DNA of 56,031 nt, filler included, from Jimgerdemannia flammicorona (lineage: Eukaryota), in assembly GCA_003990765.1 (NCBI GenBank). It is 3 parts of 3 records of this genome, joined end to end, with 100 filler letters (N's around TTAATTAATTAA, not from the genome) between each part and the next. Parts side by side here need not be neighbours in the genome. Positions count along the whole stretch, not along the records: positions 37,424 to 56,031 come from RBNJ01002163.1; 2 more parts are not named here. The stretch is one strand, 5' to 3'. Shown one piece after another: positions 47,865 through 56,031 of the stretch. Position numbers and translations under genes: made by a program. The first letter of the stretch is position 1. Each line of letters begins with the position of its first letter. Below the pieces are notes generated by a model. The model did not search any database. It was not told the DNA's origin and was given only the letters and a program-made list of their open reading frames with translations.

Positions 47865-49149
47865 TGTGACAAACCAAAATATACCATCTGAATTATATCT
47901 TAATCAGATGATGCAAACAATTAGGTAAGATGATGTGACATATAGCATAGCAACCAGCAACCATGTGTGTGGAAAACTGTATAAATAGCCAGACATACCA
48001 GAAAGGGTCTGTTTACTTATACAGACTCTGTACACCTGCCATAAGTAGCAGATCTATAGTTAGCCACATAGTAACCAGATAGCAACCAACTTGTATAAAT
48101 TACCCCAGAGACAAGAGTGAATAAACCTTAGTCCGAATTGAAGTGCAAACTAAAGAAACCTCTAAAGATTGAGCAATTGGTCCCCTTATTCCCACTCCAG
48201 TCCACTTTTCAATACAAAGCCTGAAGATTTGCTGCCAAGTTCAAGGAAAAACTTCACTGCCTTTTGAAGAACCTACTGCTTAAGGAATAAGCCATGCTAT
48301 TGGTATGCTTGTCAGATAAGTCTGAAGAACTCCAGTTTCTACATTCCCAGAGAGCCTTGCCACAAGCCAGTCTCTGACACAACTTCGCAGTAGAGTCAGT
48401 CTATTAATACAACTCTGCATAAACAAAGCCAGTCTCGACATAACTTGCTAAGAACCCGAGTTATTATTCCCAGAAGAGCCCAATTCAAAAGAATCCACAC
48501 CATTCAAGTTAATTCCCAGTTAAGCCACCATTTTCAAGAAGTCTGCCGATTCAGGAAGAATCCATGTCATCTGCCATTTCTAAAGTTATCTGCTGTATTT
48601 CCAGTTGAAGCTGAAACTGTGACATCTGAGTTATTCATCATTCTCAGTGAGCCCAAGAAGAATCTACCACCAGTACTATTTCCAGTAATAAGAACCCATG
48701 CTATACAATTCCCAGTGAGCCAAATCGAGTTGTCTGCCAAATCTGTATAAGGAATACTGCTAAGATCATCCTGCATAAGGAAACCACTGCACTATATAAA
48801 GATCATCATGCTACACAGAGATTGATATACCAAGACCATCACTCAAAAATTGCACACTTTTGGAAACCACTCATGCTATACACAAATTCCACCATTCTCA
48901 GTTGACCTAAGAAGGAAACTCATTCACACACATACAAATCGCCACTATACCTAGAGAACTGTCTCAATTAGGAAATTGACATACAAATCGCTTGCATATA
49001 TCCAGCTTTGACTATTATACCACTAAACACCAAGGATCTCAGGAATCTTAGAACATTTTGTTGCTTTTTGACAAAGTAACTAGGGGCTCAAGCCAAACTA
49101 CATCAATCTCCAACCTTGTAATTTGCCTCTATTGAGCCGGCATATTATA
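47865..49149 (+). repeat. 3' LTR family A
   Basis: After PPT 47851-47864; TGTGACAAACC...GCATATTATA (terminal CA>TA); TATAAAT 48094; AATAAA 48120. Confidence 0.9.
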
Positions 49150-49199
49150 ATATCTATATAAATACATATGTATACAAACATATATGCAAATATATATAT

Positions 49200-49472
49200 C
49201 CCTTTGTCTGTAGATAAGATTGTCTTTTAAAATCATTTAGCAGACAAATTAAAGTTTGAAAAAAATGATTTTTTGAAACATTGTTTTTCTGTTAAAAATA
49301 TATCTCAATTTGTTTAAAAACAAATTTTTTTTTTTTTGTAAAATTTTTACCAAAGGTAGAATTATTATATAAAAAATTATTGGTAAATTTTTTTTTAAAA
49401 GCTATTATGATTTTAAAAGTTATAAACTTTTAAAATCTTGCCTCTAAATATAGGTGCAAAACAGTCAAAGGG
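49200..49472. mobile_element. 273-bp MITE with CCC...GGG termini and ATAT TSD
   Basis: TIR CCCTTTGTCTG / CAGTCAAAGGG (10 of 11 match); ATAT on both sides; absent from the paralogous hAT at ~54500. Confidence 0.75.
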
Positions 49473-49476
49473 ATAT

Positions 49477-51031
49477 ATAAAAACACATATACAAATATGC
49501 TAATACACATATTAATAGATTAGTCTTCAACAGTTTATAGTACCAATATGACTTCAAGTCAAATATTCTTGATAGTTCTATATTTTCTACACAATCCTTA
49601 CTCTGAAATCTGGCAATATTATACTAAGACTAGAGATGATATTATTTGTAATTATTGCAGATAAAAATTAAAAAAAGATAATATATTTATAATATAACTG
49701 ATACTTTTATTTAACACATACATAATATTATTTCTACTAACCCCTATATACTATATAGCTAGAAGTTCAAAATACTTGATGGGTCAACTTCAAATATATA
49801 TTAACATATAAAAGACAAATACTTCAACAAAATCAAAAAGAATATAGAAATAAGTAAAATTGATATCCAAGCTATAGTGGGTATATTTATCTAATTTCCT
49901 GACCAATTCTATATCAATAACTCTATTTAATCAAAAATATTTAGCTATATTCTTTAGTAGAATTTCAAAATTAACTTATTTACTAAATTATATGTATAGA
50001 TCAATCATTTACAACTATCAAGAGTAACTAGTTGCATAGTATCTTTGACCTCCTCAAGTATAATTTATATCTGCTATGTACTGACACTATTTGCAAAGAT
50101 ATTCTAAAGATCTATAGAAAGGAGTATGATAATCTTCATCAGATACTTCAGGTAAAATAAATAAATAAGGGCAATACTGTGACTATTGCAAGCTTAATTA
50201 TATATATATATAAAGAGTTCACCAATTTAATCTCACATTTAATAAATAGAATTCAGCAGACAGAATTTTATTTATAATTAATATATGGACATCTTCTAAT
50301 GTAATTTTATTTCTGGACATTACTAGTTATTGGATTGACTTCAATTGATAACTTAAATCTCTTACCCTCAACTTTATTAAACTCACTGGTCCTCATTCAG
50401 GAGAAAACATTGCAGATACTTTTATTAATTATATCTGAGAGCTTGGGATCACAACTAAGGTAAAAATGGGAGGACTTGTAATCTGGTCAGTGTTTTGAGA
50501 GAAGTCTTAAAATAAAACAGATTTTAATGGTTATTTATTTTCATATAAATATATTAACAGAAAATTTCAAGTATAGATTTTGGCCATTATGACAGATAAT
50601 ACTACAAACAACTCACTATTTTTCTGAAATTTAACAGTTAACCTTCAATAGAAAAATGTAGACTTTAGTATAGAAAACTGCCATATGCATTATCAGGCCC
50701 ATATACTGAACTTTACTATTCAGGATTATCTTATATATATAGATAAAATATCTGGAAGTGAGAAAACCCTGAGTATTATTTCTAAGCTACACAAACTAAT
50801 TATATTGATCTAATTATCTTTACAATAATGAGATAAATTTTCTATATAGTATAAAGTAATTAGTTTAGTTCTGAAAGAGCTAATATTGAATATCTATATA
50901 TATTGAAACTTGATATTTGCAATGATCTAGCATATACTGGAGTTTGCTATAGTATATACTCAATTTTTGGTTTTCTAAAGCAAATTGTTTTAGAAGACTG
51001 AGGATTATTAATTAATTAATTTCAAATTGGA

Positions 51032-51090
<59 letters not shown>

Positions 51091-51161
51091 GATAGATTCT
51101 ATAGTTGCTGCTGATAAGGAAATATGAGATAAGGCTATAGATGAAAGTAAGTAAAATGTAC
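49477..51161 (+). pseudogene. hAT (Ac-like) transposase remnant with introns, copy 1
   Basis: WTSSNVILFLDITSYWIDFN, LTGPHSGENI, QAHILN; GT..AG intron ~50460-50576; colinear with 54510-56031. Confidence 0.85.
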
Positions 51162-51591
51162 TATAATAGTTCTAGTTGACCTAAAGTAGCTCAAAGAGAT
51201 ACTTAAAGGTTCAAGTGTTCTCAAAGGATTTCTGAGAGAAAATATTCTGAGCTTTATTTAGGTAGAGAATAAGAATATTTATATATAATCTAAAAGAAAG
51301 ATCAAGAAGGATCTTGGAAAGAAAGAAAGAGAAATACCAAGAAATAGGTTCTTGACGAAGCTGACTAATACTATTCTACAATATTTCAAAAGGTTTTATA
51401 ACTAGCTAAGATAAGATACTTGATGCCAAGGAAAGATAAGAATGTTCTAGTAGTGTCTGGATACCAAGAGAAGGTTTCTAAGTAAGTAGAAGATGACAGA
51501 ATATAGTAGAATGTTCAAGAAATAATAAGAAAAGACTAACTAAAAGATGTAAAAATATACTAAGATTAAATATGACTGTGAAATTATTACA
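51162..51591 (-). repeat. 3' LTR of chromovirus (~430 bp)
   Basis: TGTAATAA preceded by PPT AAAAAGGGAGGGA (51592-51604); left boundary approximate. Confidence 0.65.
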
Positions 51592-51604
51592 TCCCTCCCT
51601 TTTT

Positions 51605-54060
51605 AAGAACCAATGTCCTCATTGAGTTCTTAGATAACATAAGACTAGATATACTTAACTAAAATTTCTCAAACTTATATTGGCATATTGGTAGGGATTG
51701 ACCATTCTCATATAGGGCAGAGGGCCTATTATTAGACTAATCAACTAGGAGGAGTTTGAACCTAGCTAGTAGCTTCATTTTAGTAGACTTCTTATTTATT
51801 AAATATTCTACTGGTTCTGGGGTCCCAAAGTAAACTTCCAATGTATAAGGTACTAGTCTTTGCCATAGATCATTGATAATCTAAGAAAGTCACTATAGGG
51901 ATTGGGCAATGTGTTTTGCCTTGAAATCTTGAACTAGATCTTGAGAGTTCTTGAGATTAACCAGTAATTCTCAAGTAGCATCATATTTAGGGTAGCTCAT
52001 CCACTTGACTAGATATTCAGGATAGTGGTAGCAGATTTGTTTGTCAAGAATTTTCTCAGCTTTATACTCAATATAGTCTTCAATAATTATAGGGACAGAA
52101 GGCTTAGGAATTCAGCCAGGGTAGGGCAGTGACTGATTCCAGGTCTTAACATATAATACATGAAAGACTAGATATACTCTTATAGTTTCAGGTAGCTTGA
52201 GGCAGTAGAAAGATGCAGAGACTTATTCAGTGATCTCAAAAGATCCAATATACTAGGACTGGAACTTGTTTGAAGGGCAGTTGACTTAAGATTATATCTT
52301 GAGGTTCTCAGTAGACAGTAGGACTTAGTCTTCAATAGTATAAGTGACATCATGGTATTTCTTATCAGCATACTTGACTTGATACAGAACTTATATTTGA
52401 CTATTTTTCTTTAAAGAGAATAGACTTGCAGAGGTCTCAGAATCTTGACCATAGAGTAACCAGAAAGGGGAAAGATCAGTAGATGATTGGACAGTATTGT
52501 TGTATATAAACTCTGCATAAGTCAGGTAGTAGTCCCAATTATCTTGCTTATAAGAAACATAGTTTCTAAGCATATATTCTAGAGTTCTATTCATACACTC
52601 AGTTTGTCCATCAGTTTGTGGGTAAAAGACAGTAGACATAGCCAATTTGGTTCCTAGGGTCTTGAAGAGAGTTTGCCAGAAGTAACTGATAAACTTGGGG
52701 TCATAATTACTGATAATTACTCACAGTAGGCTATAGTGATAGAAGATGAACTTGAAGAAGATTCTTATAATCTTGGGTGCAGTAGCATTGGTAGTAGTTG
52801 GTTCAGCAATCATAGTCTTAGTCAGATGGTCAATAAATATGATGATAGCATCAGCACCAGATTGAGTTTGTAGTAGTTGAGTTATAAAGTTCATAGTAAC
52901 TTGCTTGAATTTCTTAATAAGAATTGGTAATAGTTATAGAAAACCAGCTAATGCTTGGTTGGTAGACTTATTGTGCTGATATAGATCATAGCTGGCAACA
53001 TAGTTCTTGATTTCCTTGACCATGCTTGGTCAATAGTAGCAGTGTTGAATATTCTTGACAGTCTTCTCAATTTCCAGATAATCAGTAAGAGGGGAGAGTT
53101 ATGGTGTTCTTGTAAAACCTTATAGTATAGGTTTATGTTTTCAGATAGGTAGACTTGATCTTGATGATAGATCAGATTGTTCTTGATAGTATATATATCC
53201 TTGAACTCATTCAAGAAAACTCTAGTAGCAACTGTGTCTTCTTTATAAGCTTGTCTGATTTGGTCTAGGAATTCTGATGCCAAGGTGACCTGTATAATTG
53301 TGGCAAGATCTGGTCATCTTGATAAGGCATCTGGTACTACAAGTGTCTTATCAGACTTATAGATGATCATCAGGTTGAAGGTTTGAAGCTTGAGGCTCCA
53401 CTTGGCTTATAGATATGATAGAGTAAGTTGAATGTTGATATACTTGAGGGATTGATGATCAGTGATGACATCAAACTCAACACCTTCTAGATAACATCAC
53501 CAGTAGTCTAGTATATATATTATTGTCAGTAATTCTTTCTCATTAATAGCTAGCTTTTGTTTAGCTGGGGCTAGCTTGTAGAACTTGAAAGTAATAAAAT
53601 GATGTTCTTTGCTATCATTTTATAACAGGACTGCTCCAATGGCAAAATTTGATACATCAGTGGTAACTGTGAATTTTAGGCCTTAATCTACATTATATAG
53701 AACTGGAGCATAGGTCAGGTGGTTCTTGAGTTCTTGAAAGACTTATTGACAGAAGAGGTCCCAGGTATAGGGTACATAGTGGTCTGAGTGTGGGGCCTTT
53801 CTCATGAGGTTAGTCAGTGGCTCAGTAATGCCAGAGAAGTTTCTGACAAAGTGGCAGTAGTAGTCAGCTAGACTAAAAAAGGATTGGAGTTCTATAAGAT
53901 TTGACAGAATGGGTCATTCTTTAATTACTTCTATCTTGTATAAGTCTACTTGAATTCTTTATACAGAGACAATATGGTCAAGATATTCAACTTATTCTTT
54001 AAAGAATTCACACTTCTTAAGCTTGGTATAAAGCTTGTATTTTCACAGGATCTCTAGGAC
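51605..54060 (-). pseudogene. pol: Chromovirus (Ty3/Gypsy) pol 3' half: RT end, RNase H, integrase, chromodomain
   Basis: YTKLKKCEF, VTTDVSNFAIGAVL, STVFYPQTDGQTECMNRTLE, VFHV; chromodomain YKAEKILDKQICYHYPEYLVKWMSYPKYDAT*E at ~51925-52080. Confidence 0.9.
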
Positions 54061-56031
54061 TAGTGCTCCAAATGAGTCAATTTGAATCAAATCTGGATTT
54101 GATTTATCACATAACAGTTTGATCCAAATCTCAAATCTGAAGCCATCCAAATCAACTCAGATTAATCTAAATCACTCCATCTGAATTGCCCCATCTGAAT
54201 TACCCATCTGAATTATCTCATATAAACTATCCTATCTGAACCACTCAATCTGAATCACTCAATCCAAATCACTCAATCTGAATCACTCAATCCAAATCAC
54301 TCAATCTGAATCACTCAATCTGAATCACTCAATCTGAATCCTCTAATTCAAATCCTCCAATTCAAATCCTCTAATTCAAATTCTCCAATTCAAATCCTCA
54401 TCTGAATCTTTTAACTGAATCCTCCAATCCAAATCCTCCACATGACTCATATGCTAGATGCATCCATATATATAATATACATATATGTAAATATATATAT
54501 GTATATGCAAATATGCAAATACACATATTAACAGATCAGTCTTTAACAGTTCACAATACTGATGATGCTTCAAGTCAAACATCCCTAATAGTTCCATACC
54601 TTCTATGCAATTCTTGCTCTGAAATCTGATAATATTGTACTAAGATAGGAGATGATATTATTTGTAATTATTGCAGATAAAAAATTAAGATATACTTATT
54701 GATATAACTAATACTTTTGTTTAACATACATATAATACTATTTCATCCACCCCTATAAACTATACCAGCTAGAAGTTCAAAATACTTGGTGGTATGACTT
54801 TGAACATATATTGATACATAAAAGACAAGTACTCTGACAAAATTAAAAAGAATACTGAGACAAATAAAATTGACATCCAAGCTATGGTAGATATATTTAT
54901 CTGATTGCCTGACCATTTCTATACCAATAACTCTATTTAATTAAAAATATTTAGTCATACTCTTTAGCAGAATTTCAAAATTGGCTTATTTGCTAGATTG
55001 TATACACAGACCAGCTATTCACAACCATCAAAAGTGATCAATTGCATAGCATCTTTGGCCGCCTTAAGCATGATTTATATTTTCCAAGTACTGATACTAT
55101 TTGCAAAAATATCCTAGAGGCCTATAGGAAGGAGTATGATAATCTTCACTAGATACTTCAGATAAAATAAGAGTAGCACCATGACCTTTACAAGCTGAAT
55201 TATATATATATTTTTATAAAGAGCTCACCAATTTAATCTCACATTCAATAAGCAGAATTCAGTAGGCAAAATTTCATTTACAATCAACACATAGATATCC
55301 CCCAATGTAATTTCATTTCTGAGCATTACCAGTCATTGAATTGATCTTAATTGGCAGCTTAAATCTCTCACCCTTGACTTTATCAAACTTGCTGGTCCTC
55401 ATTCTGGAGATAATATCACAGATACTTTTATTAGTTATATCTAAGAGCTTAGGATTACAACCAAGATAAAAAAGGAGGGCTTACCATCAGGTTGATATTT
55501 TGAGAGAGATCCTAAAACAAAACAGATTTTATTAATTATTTATTTTCACATAAATTTATTGACCAAATATTTCAAGTATGGATTTTGGCCATTAGGATGA
55601 ATAATGTCACAAACAACTCAATATTTTTCCAAGTTTTAGCAGCTAGCCTTAAACAGGAAAACATGGCCTTTAGTACAGAAAGCTGTCATATGTGATGCCA
55701 GGCCCATGTACTAAACCTTACTATTCAGAACTATCTTATATATATAGACAAAACATCCAAGAGAGGAGGGGTTCTGAGTATAATTTCCAAGCTATGCAAA
55801 CTGGTTATATCAGTCTAATTGTCTTCATAATGATGAGACAAATTTACTGCATAGTGTAGGGCAATTAGTTTAGCCCTAAAAGAGCTTATATTAGATGTCT
55901 ATATATATTGGAACTTAACATTTGCAATGATCCAGTATACACTGGAGTTTGCTGTAGTATGTATTCTTTTTTTTCTTCAGTTAGCTAAAGCAACTTATTT
56001 TAGATAATTGAAGATTTTTTTTTTTTAAAAA
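54061..56031 (+). mobile_element. hAT DNA transposon 5' end with transposase remnant, copy 2, inserted in chromovirus RT
   Basis: TIR TAGTGCTCC; subterminal repeats; SPNVISFLSITSH*ID, LAGPHSGDNI, CQAHVLNL. Confidence 0.88.
54085..54440 (+). repeat. hAT subterminal short-motif array (ATC[T/C][G/A]AATCACTCA, ~14-bp period)
   Basis: Alternating ATCTGAATC and ATCCAAATC variants, consistent with decay of ATCCGAATC. Confidence 0.85.

Larger units (their letters stand above)
38882..49149 (+). mobile_element. Gypsy family A element (gag-PR-Cys-rich insert-dUTPase-RT-RH-INT-accessory ORF); LTRs and flanks discordant
   Basis: LTRs 38882-40278 and 47865-49149, PBS, PPT and full pol motif set; no TSD. 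Confidence 0.92.

Noticed and set aside
51030..51087. Long T-run/A-run as retroposon tail or terminator
   Set aside because: Lies at a position matching an intron-like T/A tract in the paralogous hAT (56015-56031); most likely a homopolymer expansion.

Overview
This is a eukaryotic, most likely fungal (inference from TE types, intron-containing hAT transposases and CpG decay), transposon graveyard with no recognisable host gene. Three contigs are joined by artificial N-TTAATTAATTAA-N linkers. It holds nested, C>T-decayed copies of four Ty3/Gypsy families (labelled A-D here), one chromovirus, two Ty1/Copia remnants, six copies of a G-rich L1/Tx1-like LINE, three hAT pieces and one MITE. Most notable: Gypsy families A, B, C and D each carry a homologous, non-env accessory ORF (core Y-x-I-G-x-x-L ... 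A-x-[KRH]-[IL]-[YH]-x-[IL]-[FY]; only the second half is visible in D). It sits upstream of the PPT in A and D but inside the LTR U3 in B and C. Families A and B also encode a dUTPase between protease and RT. All alignments and translations were done by eye, and most coordinates inside decayed elements are approximate.
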